From positions 1-64,000 of IMG/VR virus record IMGVR_UViG_3300001528_000017: 64,000 bases of DNA. One strand, written 5' to 3'. Below the pieces are notes generated by a model. It saw only the letters and a program-made list of their open reading frames with translations. It ran no database searches and had not been told where the DNA came from. Below, in pieces: positions 28,612 through 37,351 of the stretch (position 1 is the first letter of the stretch; the number at the start of each line of letters is the position of its first letter). The position numbers and the translations under genes were made by a program. This DNA comes from a virus (lineage: Duplodnaviria > Heunggongvirae > Uroviricota > Caudoviricetes).

Positions 28612-28651
28612 TGTTTTAAGCTTATTAAACGGTGAATAAATAAAAATATCG

Positions 28652-29136
28652 TGGAGCTAGAGGGAGTCGAACCCTCGTCCAAACAATCTCAGAATAAGAA
28701 ATGGGTACACGCTTTTGTTGTTTAAGCACAACTGCTAGGGATGACAGATTTGTCACCAGTCCACCACTCTATTTTGAGAAAACAGAGAAAACACCTTCCT
28801 CACATATTGCATACCCATACCTTGTGTTGCCACTACGCATGTTGCCCCAGTTATTGGAAGGTTGAGATAGTGGCTTACCTTCTCCGTGCATCAGAGCTTA
28901 TTTAGCACTAGGACCTCGGACTACCAATCTTAGTTTCCTTTCAGATGTTTCTATCTCATTTGCCCACTTTCTGTTTCAGGTAATGGGCTACCTAGCACTT
29001 ACGCAGCTAATCTGATAACAGTGCTGCTGGCAGGAGTCATTACAACTACCTTAGCATTTATTGGTTTGCCATTTTCAGGCATGACTGCCTGCGTGATTTC
29101 TTACCCCTCCTTTGCTGTCAAAACCAGAATAGCCCC
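28652..29136 (-). ncRNA. ssrA: tmRNA (SsrA), phage-encoded
   Basis: 5' end GGGGCTATTCTGGTTTTGAC matches the tmRNA consensus GGGGCUGAUUCUGGAUUCGAC. 3' end GAGGG-TTCGACT-CCCTC-TAGCTCCA matches the tmRNA T-arm/acceptor (...AGCUCCA). Internal frame ends ...TTA GCT GCG TAA (LAA-stop). Confidence 0.6.
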
Positions 29137-29197
29137 AGAGTCATCTTGTTGGTCAGGAAGATGTGAATATTGGGATGATTTCTTTTCCTAACCTCTA

Positions 29198-29270
29198 GTA
29201 GGGAGTGAAGGACTTGAACCTCCAACCTTGAATGTATAAGATTCCTGCGCTAACCATTGCGCCAACTCCC
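29198..29270 (-). tRNA. tRNA with anticodon TAT (Ile, AUA-reading)
   Basis: GGGGAGT acceptor, GCGC-AATGGTTA-GCGC D-arm, GGAAT-CTTATAC-ATTCA anticodon arm, GGAGG-TTCAAGT-CCTTC T-arm. Confidence 0.55.
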
Positions 29271-29360
29271 CATGAACCTACCGATATTCCCATACAGGCA
29301 GGCTCTACAACTAAATCTTTGCCTAAAATCTACCTTTTTACCTTAAACGAAACCTAAGAG

Positions 29361-29432
29361 TACCCCAACTAGGACTCGAACCTAGATTTACAGCTTAGAA
29401 GGCTGTTACTCTATCCCTTGAGTTATTGGGGC
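29361..29432 (-). tRNA. tRNA-Arg(TCT)
   Basis: ACTC-AAGGGATA-GAGT D-arm, ACAGC-CTTCTAA-GCTGT anticodon arm, CTAGG-TTCGAGT-CCTAG T-arm. G1.U72. Confidence 0.6.
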
Positions 29433-29579
29433 ATACTGACTCCTACAAACCTTAACACCGCCACACCCTTCACTATACATCCAATTCCTTGAATGTCATA
29501 GCTACTTCCTCGGAGTCAGGGACTACCTTGTGTCTCTGCACTTCCACAAAACTAGGTGGTTGAGAGTTTACCAGTAGTG

Positions 29580-29653
29580 TACTGCAAGTGGGAATCGAAC
29601 CCACAATCTCCACCTTGAAAGGGTGACGAGTTGACCAATTCCTCTATTGCAGC
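29580..29653 (-). tRNA. tRNA-Glu(TTC)
   Basis: TCACC-CTTTCAA-GGTGG anticodon arm, GTGGG-TTCGATT-CCCAC T-arm, GCTGCAA/TTGCAGT acceptor. Confidence 0.55.
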
Positions 29654-29655
29654 AT

Positions 29656-30798
29656 TCAGGCTACCTTATTTATCTTTTGATAGCCCTTACCTATTACTAT
29701 ATGAGGCATCCACTCATCCATATTATTCAGTACGAATTTCTTCCTTACCTTATAGGATTTATAGTGTCTCATCAGTCCTAGGTAGGAGTTTACTGAAGAG
29801 ATAAAGTCATCCATCTTGTCCTCATTATAATGTGAGTACCTAGATGATACTTTGTTGTACATCTTACAGATGGCTCTCCCTCCACAGTATATCCTGTTTT
29901 GTTTGATTATTGCTCCAACAAATGTAACACCCCTTGAACATTCTTGGATATAAAGTTTGTCAGGGTGTACAGTTAAGAGCAGTTGTTCAGTAGCAAATGC
30001 CTTCAATAGTGGAATACAAGATTTCAGATACTCTAAATTCTCATGTCCTACTACGAAGTCATCTGCATACCTCACAATTACCAAGCCTAAGCTCTCACAG
30101 TAATGGTCAAAGGGCGTGAGATAGAAATTGGCAAACATCTGTGATGTTAGATTGCCAATAGCTAATCCCTTGTCCTTACCAACATAGAATAAGCTCTTGC
30201 TTGGTGGAAGTTTCTCCCATAATGATATATTTCCTACTTTAATGCAATTGTCCTCAGGATGATGAAGAATAATCATTCTACATAACCACCTTAAACAGTT
30301 TTTCTTTCTGTTTTCAGGATAGTTCTGTACAATGAAACTATCTAGATTCTCACATAACAATTGTTTGTCAATAGTCATAAAGAAACTTTGATAGTCTAAC
30401 TTAGCTATATAATAGGGTTTCGTGTAATGCTCACTCTTCTCATCTAATATGGAGGATAGTTTCTGCACACCATGTAGTGTGCCTCTACCCTTCAGACAGG
30501 AGAATGTGTTTGCTATGAAATAACTTTCAAAGTAAGGCTCTAACTCCCTTATTACTAAGTGGTGAACTATTCTATCCCTAAAGTCAGCAGCAAACACTTC
30601 CCTGACTTTTAGGTCAGTGATAATGAATGCTTTTGATACACCTATTTCATAAGTGTAGGAATTGATTTCATCAGTCAGCTTAAGTAAATTAGTTACCTTA
30701 TCTACACAAAACTCTTTAGCTCCTATAGTATTCTTCTTATGCTTTAGGCAATCATCAAATGCAGTAAATACCTCATCATAAGTGAAACTATAATCCAT
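29656..30798 (-). CDS. DGR reverse transcriptase (DGR1)
   Basis: YADDFVV catalytic motif and DGR-type LAIGNLTSQ (IGxxxSQ) motif. 380 aa. Adjacent TR. Confidence 0.8.
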   Translation of the reverse strand: MDYSFTYDEVFTAFDDCLKHKKNTIGAKEFCVDKVTNLLKLTDEINSYTYEIGVSKAFIITDLKVREVFAADFRDRIVHHLVIRELEPYFESYFIANTFSCLKGRGTLHGVQKLSSILDEKSEHYTKPYYIAKLDYQSFFMTIDKQLLCENLDSFIVQNYPENRKKNCLRWLCRMIILHHPEDNCIKVGNISLWEKLPPSKSLFYVGKDKGLAIGNLTSQMFANFYLTPFDHYCESLGLVIVRYADDFVVGHENLEYLKSCIPLLKAFATEQLLLTVHPDKLYIQECSRGVTFVGAIIKQNRIYCGGRAICKMYNKVSSRYSHYNEDKMDDFISSVNSYLGLMRHYKSYKVRKKFVLNNMDEWMPHIVIGKGYQKINKVA

Positions 30799-30823
30799 AG
30801 CATATTGAAAATAATACGAATCG

Positions 30824-30940
30824 CAGAAGCATAAAAAGGAACAATTCTGTTAGTGTTGTTCTTGTTGTTCCAATTACAGTTCACTCTGTTTCTGTTAAGG
30901 TTACAGTTCCATGAGTTGTTAGAATTGTTCTCAGAGCAAC
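30824..30940 (-). repeat. DGR1 template repeat (TR)
   Basis: About 117-bp near-repeat of 31473-31589. On the coding (minus) strand the TR carries A where the VR varies. Confidence 0.75.
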
Positions 30941-31089
30941 TTATGCCATTGAATGTGAGCTAGTCACACTTTAACGACCTGTGAAACACAGACTGTATGG
31001 CATCCTTCCACAATAATGTACCATTTGTCCCCAGTGTTGAACCAACCATTGAAGATTGTTATGCTCTACACGCACCTTGAGGGAATACA

Positions 31090-31278
31090 CTATGAAATCA
31101 TATCGAATAGGGCAATTAGTCTCTTTCTAGGTTCAATTATGTTGAATTTACCCTTCAAGAGTAATGCCCCATCCTCTATGCACTCATCTAACAATGTTCC
31201 CAAGGTAATCAAATCATTGTAGAGTTTATCAGAGTCAAGGCTGTAATTCCTACCCTTACAGGCAAGTTTTACAGGCAA
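31090..31278 (-). CDS. small ORF between VR and TR (possible short accessory/Avd-like)
   Basis: 62-aa ORF in the canonical avd position. Too short for a typical Avd. Confidence 0.25.
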   Translation of the reverse strand: MPVKLACKGRNYSLDSDKLYNDLITLGTLLDECIEDGALLLKGKFNIIEPRKRLIALFDMIS

Positions 31279-31410
31279 GTTTTACAGCAATCTTGACATC
31301 TAATAATATATTGATTATTCTATCTCCCTCATTGTACCTATTATATCTAGGCATGTGTTTGATAGCTTTCCTCAATTCTCTACTAATGAAATCTATTTCC
31401 TTGTAAACAT

Positions 31411-32457
31411 CTATATAGTTGATTTCCATACTTTACACAATGTATTACTCAGACTCTTTTTTTTTGCTTGTGTGGAAGCATAAAAAGGAACAACCCTGTA
31501 AGTGTAGTACTTGTAGCCCCAATAACAGAACACTCTGCCGCTGTAAAGGGCACAGTCCCATGAGCAGTCAGAATAGCCCTCAGAGCAAGACCAATACCAA
31601 TAGTCAGTGTTGATAATGAAACCAAGACCAGTTATCTTGTGTGCTGCATTGAGGTATGCTGCATTATCTAACATAGTCATAGTCTCACCAAGACTGCCAA
31701 AGTACCAATCTTCCTTCTTATCCTTGCGATAGTTGATACATCTTTCAAAGGCACCAAATCTCTCCTTGTCCTTACCCTTTATTTGCTTCTTGTATTGGGC
31801 AGTAACCTCTCTACCATTGAATAACTTCATGGCTTTCTCCCATGATGTATGTTCTCCAATCTTAGAGTTACGGTCAGTATCCCATACTTCTCTGAACATT
31901 TCCAAAGCACAGATAATGGGGCTTCCATCTTCATAGAATCCACATACTATGCCTCTTACTTTGGTCTTAGCAATCTTCTTGGTAGGATGAACAAAGGAGT
32001 CATCAATCATCTGATAATCACCAACTCTGATGCCATTCTTCTCAGGAGCACTCTCAAGTATCTCCTTAAAGAGCTGAATGTCAACGGATTCATTGGTACC
32101 CTTTTCTTCAGTGATAAGCATTTGCCTAGCAGCTATCTCAGTTCCAAATGAGTCAATCCAGTATTCAGTACCCTTAGGAATAATAGCCTTGGCACAATAG
32201 TTGCCATAGTCATCACTCTCACTCAGCTTGGCATGAATTACACCACCTCCCATGCTAGATATTTCTCTATCATAGAGGTCTTTGCACTCATAACTGATGT
32301 AAGGAGTATCAGGCTGTGCAACCATCAACTTGCCCAATGTAACAGGTGTTCCCTGACATGGACTTTCATATCCCCTGCTTGTCTGCTTGAGATACTTTAA
32401 TACCACAATGTCCCTCTTGGCAACTCGTGGTTGTTTGTCTCTAATGTATAAACACAT
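31411..32457 (-). CDS. DGR1 target protein with C-terminal C-type-lectin-like variable region
   Basis: VR at the 3' end. C-terminus DYWYWSCSEGYSDCSWDCALYSGRVFCYWGYKYY is aromatic/Cys-rich like DGR CLec VRs. Confidence 0.7.
   Translation of the reverse strand: MCLYIRDKQPRVAKRDIVVLKYLKQTSRGYESPCQGTPVTLGKLMVAQPDTPYISYECKDLYDREISSMGGGVIHAKLSESDDYGNYCAKAIIPKGTEYWIDSFGTEIAARQMLITEEKGTNESVDIQLFKEILESAPEKNGIRVGDYQMIDDSFVHPTKKIAKTKVRGIVCGFYEDGSPIICALEMFREVWDTDRNSKIGEHTSWEKAMKLFNGREVTAQYKKQIKGKDKERFGAFERCINYRKDKKEDWYFGSLGETMTMLDNAAYLNAAHKITGLGFIINTDYWYWSCSEGYSDCSWDCALYSGRVFCYWGYKYYTYRVVPFYASTQAKKKSLSNTLCKVWKSTI
31473..31589 (-). repeat. DGR1 variable repeat (VR)
   Basis: Aligns to the TR with mismatches only at TR adenines (coding strand). 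Confidence 0.75.
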
Positions 32458-32492
32458 AAGCGGTAAAAAGTTATTAAGTTGTTAAACAATAG

Positions 32493-32564
32493 TACCCTCA
32501 CCAAGAATCGAACTTGGATTTAATGTTTAGGAAACACTTGTTCTATCCATTGAACTATGAGGGC
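32493..32564 (-). tRNA. tRNA-Arg(CCT)
   Basis: GTTC-AATGGATA-GAAC D-arm, AGTGT-TTCCTAA-ACATT anticodon arm, CCAAG-TTCGATT-CTTGG T-arm. Confidence 0.55.
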
Positions 32565-32608
32565 ATGGAGCAGGCTATTACACCTGCTCACTAGGCACGT
32601 CCTGCTTA

Positions 32609-32974
32609 TCAGTCAAGCTCAAAGAGTCTCTTCATGACAGTTTCAGGGTCAGGAGCCTTGCCTCTCTCCTCAGGATGGTCCTTGAGGTACTCCAAGTTGG
32701 CTTGTACACCAGTATGGATTACATCATGCAGACTTATCATCTGAGAAGGAGTGAGGTGTGTGAGAATGATGCCCTTGATGATGGTCAACTTCTCATCCTG
32801 ATTCTCCACTTGCTTCAGGTCCTCATCAACACCAGTGAAATTGCTGTTGTTTTCGAGTTCCAGAGCCTCAATAGCCTGACGCTTGAGTTCTTTAGGTGCT
32901 ACAATGTCAGCACCAGAGGCCATGAGCATCATAAGCGCAATCTTACTCATGCCTTCTTTCATTGTCTGTCCCAT
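32609..32974 (-). CDS. hypothetical protein
   Basis: 121-aa ORF. Confidence 0.35.
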   Translation of the reverse strand: MGQTMKEGMSKIALMMLMASGADIVAPKELKRQAIEALELENNSNFTGVDEDLKQVENQDEKLTIIKGIILTHLTPSQMISLHDVIHTGVQANLEYLKDHPEERGKAPDPETVMKRLFELD

Positions 32975-32982
32975 GTTTTTTT

Positions 32983-33222
32983 TTAGGGGTTACTACTTTG
33001 TTTATTTAGCTTCTTTAGCTTGTTAAGCTTTTCGAGTCTTCTGTTTGTCATGTAATCCATTACAGGTTTGTATGCTATGAGCATAATGCAGTGCAACAAA
33101 CTAGTCACACATACAATTAGGAATGGCTCCTCATTTATTAAGCAACTGTTTTCTTCAAACCCAGGCTTATCCATATAGTCTTGAATCTCAGGCCAAGTAA
33201 CTATGATGAATGTTTCTTTCAT
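32983..33222 (-). CDS. hypothetical small protein
   Basis: 79-aa ORF. Confidence 0.3.
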   Translation of the reverse strand: MKETFIIVTWPEIQDYMDKPGFEENSCLINEEPFLIVCVTSLLHCIMLIAYKPVMDYMTNRRLEKLNKLKKLNKQSSNP

Positions 33223-33455
33223 TGCCTTATCAGCCTTTCAAACCACTGACAACCTGATAGCTTGTAGCACTCTCTGTAAGAGAGGTTGCAATAGCAAAGG
33301 TAGCCAAGGATTATGTTGATTACTAACCAAATGATAGCAGGAAGCCATCTTTCAGCCTCTACCAAACTCTCGAACCCTCCAATGATAAAGAGAGTAATAG
33401 ACAATGCTGTGACCCACAACAATATGCCTTTTAATGTTATAATGATTGTCTTCAT
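33219..33455 (-). CDS. small two-TM membrane protein
   Basis: 78 aa, strongly hydrophobic. Overlaps the downstream ORF at ATGA. Confidence 0.35.
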   Translation of the reverse strand: MKTIIITLKGILLWVTALSITLFIIGGFESLVEAERWLPAIIWLVINIILGYLCYCNLSYRECYKLSGCQWFERLIRQ

Positions 33456-33617
33456 TTTGTCTCTATTGTACGGTATTCGTTCTTTAGTGTGGTTCTACCT
33501 TGGAGTTGAACAGTGTTGGTAGTGTCCCAGTATAGTTAAACCAAGGAGACCACTCAACACCATTCTTTCCAAAGAATTGGTATCTCTTTTGTAGTTGTTT
33601 TGCTATAGGAGTGTGAT

Positions 33618-33917
33618 TTAATCGTCATAAGGTATTACTTCTGTGTACACATAGACATCAAGCTCCTCATTATAGCTAAACTCGTGGTAGGAATGTAAAG
33701 CATTAACCATTGATGGCTCTAGCTTATTCTTATGTAGCCAATATCCCTTTGTCCAACTGCCATCATTCATGATAGATTCAATGGCTTTATGGGCATGTGG
33801 ATAGTTCATGTCTTCTGTCTTGATGTGGTAAACATGATGTTGAGTGTAGTCATTGTTAGACAATTCTCTTTTGTACTCAATCTGATACATGTAACCATTG
33901 TAAAACTCAGTTCTCAT
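33618..33917 (-). CDS. hypothetical protein
   Basis: 99-aa ORF. Confidence 0.35.
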   Translation of the reverse strand: MRTEFYNGYMYQIEYKRELSNNDYTQHHVYHIKTEDMNYPHAHKAIESIMNDGSWTKGYWLHKNKLEPSMVNALHSYHEFSYNEELDVYVYTEVIPYDD

Positions 33918-34414
33918 TTGTGCAAGGATTTAGTTGTTTGTTAATGTATTGTTACCACCACCAATGGTATTCATTAGCCAATTGCCATAATATTAAGAGG
34001 AAAATAGCTAGTGCCAACCAAGGTGAGCATCCATTGTTGTCTTGATTATTGTTTGTTGCCATGACCTTTGATGCTATGTATTACTGATAAATGGGATAAA
34101 ATGGGAATAAAGATTGAGGATAAAATGTGGGGTTTGGTGTTATAAGCCCCTCTCAATACCCTCAATCTCTATAACCATCTTCTTCTTAATTGACTCAATT
34201 CTATGTAATTACACAATAATGATTCAAGTGTTACTTTAGTCATGAATGTCATGTCCTTACAAAGAGTATAAGGTCAAGAAGAGTTGTAGTTAGACCTACA
34301 TCATTCACTAAGTCATGCAGTCTTTAGGTCATTGTACTCACTACCCAAAGAAGTGTATGAGTTCAAATACCCAAAGTCCCAAGGCTCCCCGAAGGGAGCC
34401 ACATGGGTTGCTGC

Positions 34415-34717
34415 TTAGTGCAGCAGGTCTTCGCCAAGGCTGCGCTTGACGTTCTTGCCACTGTTGCCTACTACCATGAGGCAGGGAACAGCTGCACCGC
34501 CGTCAATGCTGACCTCAGCATACTGGAAGTCGTCGAGGGAACCAGTCTCCATTGCTGCCTGAGCTGCTGGGCTGACATAGCCTTTCTTGCTGCCGCAGAC
34601 AAAGAAGATTTTGCCTGTGTTGGGGTTCTCAACGAACTGAAGGCTTGTATTCTCTGAAATGACAAGCTGACGTGCTGACATGCGGTTTGCACTCACGATG
34701 TTATTGCTCTGTGCCAT
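34415..34717 (-). CDS. hypothetical protein encoded in a GC-rich island
   Basis: 100-aa ORF in a >55% GC segment (genome about 36%). Followed by hairpin GGCTCCC-CGAA-GGGAGCC (34386-34403). Confidence 0.35.
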   Translation of the reverse strand: MAQSNNIVSANRMSARQLVISENTSLQFVENPNTGKIFFVCGSKKGYVSPAAQAAMETGSLDDFQYAEVSIDGGAAVPCLMVVGNSGKNVKRSLGEDLLH

Positions 34718-34948
34718 AACTGTTTACACTTCCATTTGCAAGTGTGAAGCTTTAAGTTGTTAATGATGTTAATGATGTTAATGGGCAGGGGGAGTCTCCC
34801 AACCTGCCGAAGGCTAGGGGGGGTTTTGGGTGGCTACCACCCACGCTTGACAATCAATATAGGGTAAAAAAAAAATCCAAAATTAAAAAATTTTATATGC
34901 CAACCATAAGTTTTTTACTTATTCTCTTGCATATATCAAAAATTATGC

Positions 34949-34960
34949 TTACCTTTGCAC
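34949..34960 (+). promoter_or_regulatory. Bacteroidetes-type promoter -7 element (TTACCTTTGCAC)
   Basis: TAnnTTTG consensus embedded in a conserved TT(A/C)(A/C)CTTTGCAC motif recurring 7 times on the plus strand. Confidence 0.5.
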
Positions 34961-35305
34961 CCTGTTAGATTACTTGCTGTGAGTAATATCGCCCTTGAGG
35001 TATGAAAAGTAGAGGGCTAGAAGTTGGGTTAGTAGCCTTAAATAAAGGTGAGGTTGTCCCCAATACTAACAAAAATTGCTGCCTTATAATACACTTTGCT
35101 AGAACCAACACAGCTGTGAAAAGGTACAGGTAAATCTAGCCTAGGGGGTATATAAAGAACGGGGGTGTAGAAAGAGGTAGTTAAAGAGGGCAGGTGGCAA
35201 CACCTAGCTCACGAAATGCAGGGAATTATTATGTCTTGTTGAGATTACATAAAGGGGACAAGCCCCAAATTCACTCTTCAAGACCCATAAAGGAAAGAGA
35301 AGAAA

Positions 35306-35707
35306 ATGGCAAGAGTAAAGTACATTAGGTGTGACATTTACAAGAGAGGTATCAGCGTCTTCATTGGTAGTCCTGAGGAACTTAGGGCATGGTGTAAGAA
35401 AACCTACAATGAAGATAAGGATGATGAAGACTTCAACAAGAGTCTGGAAGAGTGCAGTTATGGTGCTGCTGACTTCCACTATGGAGCAGGATATGCAGTA
35501 GTAAGACTACCAAAGTTTCCTAAGACTCCTATGGAAATAGCCTACACAGCACATGAGCTTCTTCATGCTACCCAATGGCTATTATGGTATAGTGGAGTTG
35601 ACTATGATAATCTTCATATAAATAATGAAGCATACACATACCTACATGAGCATCTTGTAAGGAATACCTTTGAAAAAGAAGGATATGAAAATGTGGAAAA
35701 AGATTAA
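35306..35707 (+). CDS. small HExxH zinc-metallopeptidase-like protein
   Basis: HELLHATQ motif, 133 aa. Confidence 0.4.
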   Translation: MARVKYIRCDIYKRGISVFIGSPEELRAWCKKTYNEDKDDEDFNKSLEECSYGAADFHYGAGYAVVRLPKFPKTPMEIAYTAHELLHATQWLLWYSGVDYDNLHINNEAYTYLHEHLVRNTFEKEGYENVEKD

Positions 35708-36086
35708 GAACTTTTTCATGGATTGGGTATGGCAATTACCTCAAAACCTACTAGGTTTTGGGTACAAGCTAGCTATCTATGAAGACATATCAGATGACCT
35801 GACAAATACAGATGAGCACTATACAATATATCTAAAAGACACCAATGGGGGTGTGACACTTGGAAGATACATATTTGTATATAGGAGGTTCAATAACCTA
35901 GCTTATATAGTAAAGCATGAGTCAGGTCATGTAAAACAGAGCAGAATGTTAGGACCTTTATACCTATTAGTAATAGGGCTACCCTCAATATTGTGGGCAG
36001 CTACTCATAGGGTAATAGCACCAGAGAAGGACTATTATTGGTTCTATACAGAGAGTTGGGCTAATAAACTAGCAGGAATTAGTTAA
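35670..36086 (+). CDS. small HExxH metallopeptidase-like protein with TM helix
   Basis: HESGHVKQS motif, hydrophobic LYLLVIGLPSILWAA. Confidence 0.4.
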   Translation: MKKKDMKMWKKIKNFFMDWVWQLPQNLLGFGYKLAIYEDISDDLTNTDEHYTIYLKDTNGGVTLGRYIFVYRRFNNLAYIVKHESGHVKQSRMLGPLYLLVIGLPSILWAATHRVIAPEKDYYWFYTESWANKLAGIS

Positions 36087-36132
36087 GTTATGTTAAAAGT
36101 TCCTCAAAAATTTGGTCAATTCAAAATCTTTG

Positions 36133-36144
36133 CTTAACTTTGCA
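36133..36144 (+). promoter_or_regulatory. Bacteroidetes-type promoter (TTAACTTTGCAC) driving the tRNA operon
   Basis: TAACTTTG -7 box about 110 nt upstream of the first plus-strand tRNA. Confidence 0.5.
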
Positions 36145-36251
36145 CTCGCAAAGAGAAAAGGCTCGCGGTGTCCTTAGTGAAGGCTAAGAGAGGTGATGGC
36201 CTCTTAGCGAGTTAAGAAGTCTTACTAAGGACTTTTAAGGCTTCTTAATAT

Positions 36252-36322
36252 TGGCTTTTGGTGTAATGGTAACACGGAAGATTTTGGTCCTTCTGTTATA
36301 GGTTCGAGTCCTATAAAGCCAA
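36252..36322 (+). tRNA. tRNA-Gln(TTG)
   Basis: GTGT-AATGGTA-ACAC D-arm, anticodon loop TTTTGGT, ATAGG-TTCGAGT-CCTAT T-arm. Confidence 0.55.
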
Positions 36323-36327
36323 CAAAT

Positions 36328-36401
36328 GCAGCCATCCTGCTAACAGGTTAGGCAACCACACTCTCAATGTGGAAATCTGAGTTCGAGTCTCAGTGGCTGT
36401 A
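36328..36401 (+). tRNA. tRNA-Glu(CTC)
   Basis: CCACA-CTCTCAA-TGTGG anticodon arm, CTGAG-TTCGAGT-CTCAG T-arm. Confidence 0.5.
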
Positions 36402-36405
36402 CAAT

Positions 36406-36477
36406 AGGGTATGTAGTGTAATGGTTAGCACACTAGACTGTCTATCTTGTAGAGGGGTTCGAGTCCCACATATCCTG
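36406..36477 (+). tRNA. tRNA (anticodon uncertain, possibly GTC/Asp)
   Basis: GTGT-AATGGTTA-GCAC D-arm, GGTTCGAGTCCC T-arm, GGGTATG/CATATCC acceptor. Confidence 0.4.
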
Positions 36478-36623
36478 CAACCCAACATAATCTAACAGAA
36501 AAGTCCACTAAGCACAGCGGTGTAAGTGGCAATTGGAGAGAGAACTCAGTGGGACTGGGACTAGTCTTGAAAACTAAGGGAGCTGTAAAAGGCTTGGGGG
36601 TCGGGACCTCCTTTCTCCGCACT

Positions 36624-36818
36624 ATGGTAACAATATTAAGAAAAGAAGGTTGGGCATTAAACCCAAATGACAAAGTGGTAAATGGGGTCTTAAAGATGAT
36701 TGAGAACAACAATGGAGAATGCCCATGCCACAATGAGAGTGAAGACAAACATTGCCCATGTAGTGACTACAGAGAAAAGAACGAATGTCATTGCAACTTA
36801 TATGTTAAAATAGGGTAA
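36624..36818 (+). CDS. ferredoxin-thioredoxin-reductase catalytic-subunit-like mini-protein (64 aa)
   Basis: ECPCHNESEDKHCPCSDYREKNECHCNLYV reproduces the FTR CPC...CPC...CHC[LM]F/Y signature. Embedded in the tRNA array; stop overlaps the tRNA-Pro start. Confidence 0.5.
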   Translation: MVTILRKEGWALNPNDKVVNGVLKMIENNNGECPCHNESEDKHCPCSDYREKNECHCNLYVKIG

Positions 36819-36885
36819 TGGCCTAATTGGTTAAGGTTCTTGCTTTGGGAGCAAGAGAGTGTGAGTTCGAGTCTCACTTACCCTA
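36812..36885 (+). tRNA. tRNA-Pro(TGG)
   Basis: CTTGC-TTTGGGA-GCAAG anticodon arm, GTGAG-TTCGAGT-CTCAC T-arm, AGGGTAA/TTACCCT acceptor. Confidence 0.55.
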
Positions 36886-36964
36886 CAAGGAAACCCTATC
36901 CAACCTAGTAGATGACTTAGAGGTGAACAAGGGGGTTTTGCTACAAACCTAAAATGTAGCATTT

Positions 36965-37050
36965 GGAGGTGAGAAGCCTAGAGGTAAGGTCTTGGTTTGC
37001 TAAACCAAAGGTTCGCATTAGTGGATGAGTTTCGATTACTCCTGCCTCCG
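36965..37050 (+). tRNA. tRNA-Ser(GCT), type II
   Basis: TTGGT-TTGCTAA-ACCAA anticodon arm, long variable arm, GGAGGTG/TGCCTCC acceptor. 86 nt. Confidence 0.5.
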
Positions 37051-37052
37051 CT

Positions 37053-37193
37053 ATGAGTGAAGGATTATACAAGAAGTTAGAAGACGAGTTCTACAGAAGT
37101 AACCACCCTAAATATAGGAAGTACTTCAAGGAATGGATTACCCACTTAACTACTGCACAAGTACTATGGTGGGGACAACATTGGGGACTATGA
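37053..37193 (+). CDS. mini-ORF (46 aa) in the tRNA array
   Basis: ATG immediately after tRNA-Ser. Stop overlaps the next ATG (ATGA). Confidence 0.3.
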   Translation: MSEGLYKKLEDEFYRSNHPKYRKYFKEWITHLTTAQVLWWGQHWGL

Positions 37194-37351
37194 AATGGAA
37201 GATAGTAGATAACGAGAAAGCTAAAGAGCTTCACCTAAAAGAGTTAAGTGGTACTCTAGTAATAAACCTAGCAGATATACCATCTGGTATGAGCATAGAG
37301 GAGTACTTGAACTTTATACAGGAGAAGAATGTAGTAATAATGGGGTTGTAG
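37133..37351 (+). CDS. small protein (72 aa; alternative start at 37190 gives 53 aa)
   Basis: ORF-track ORF. Its 3' end overlaps the 5' part of tRNA-Ala. Confidence 0.35.
   Translation: MDYPLNYCTSTMVGTTLGTMKWKIVDNEKAKELHLKELSGTLVINLADIPSGMSIEEYLNFIQEKNVVIMGL

Noticed and set aside
37321-37350. 21-nt insertion between acceptor and D-arm of tRNA-Ala (analogous to the minus-strand inserts)
   Set aside because: The adjacent GGGGTTG strand gives a standard 7-bp spacing and the G3.U70 alanine identity pair. The upstream perfectly pairing GGAGAAG is probably coincidental coding sequence; kept only as an alternative in the findings.
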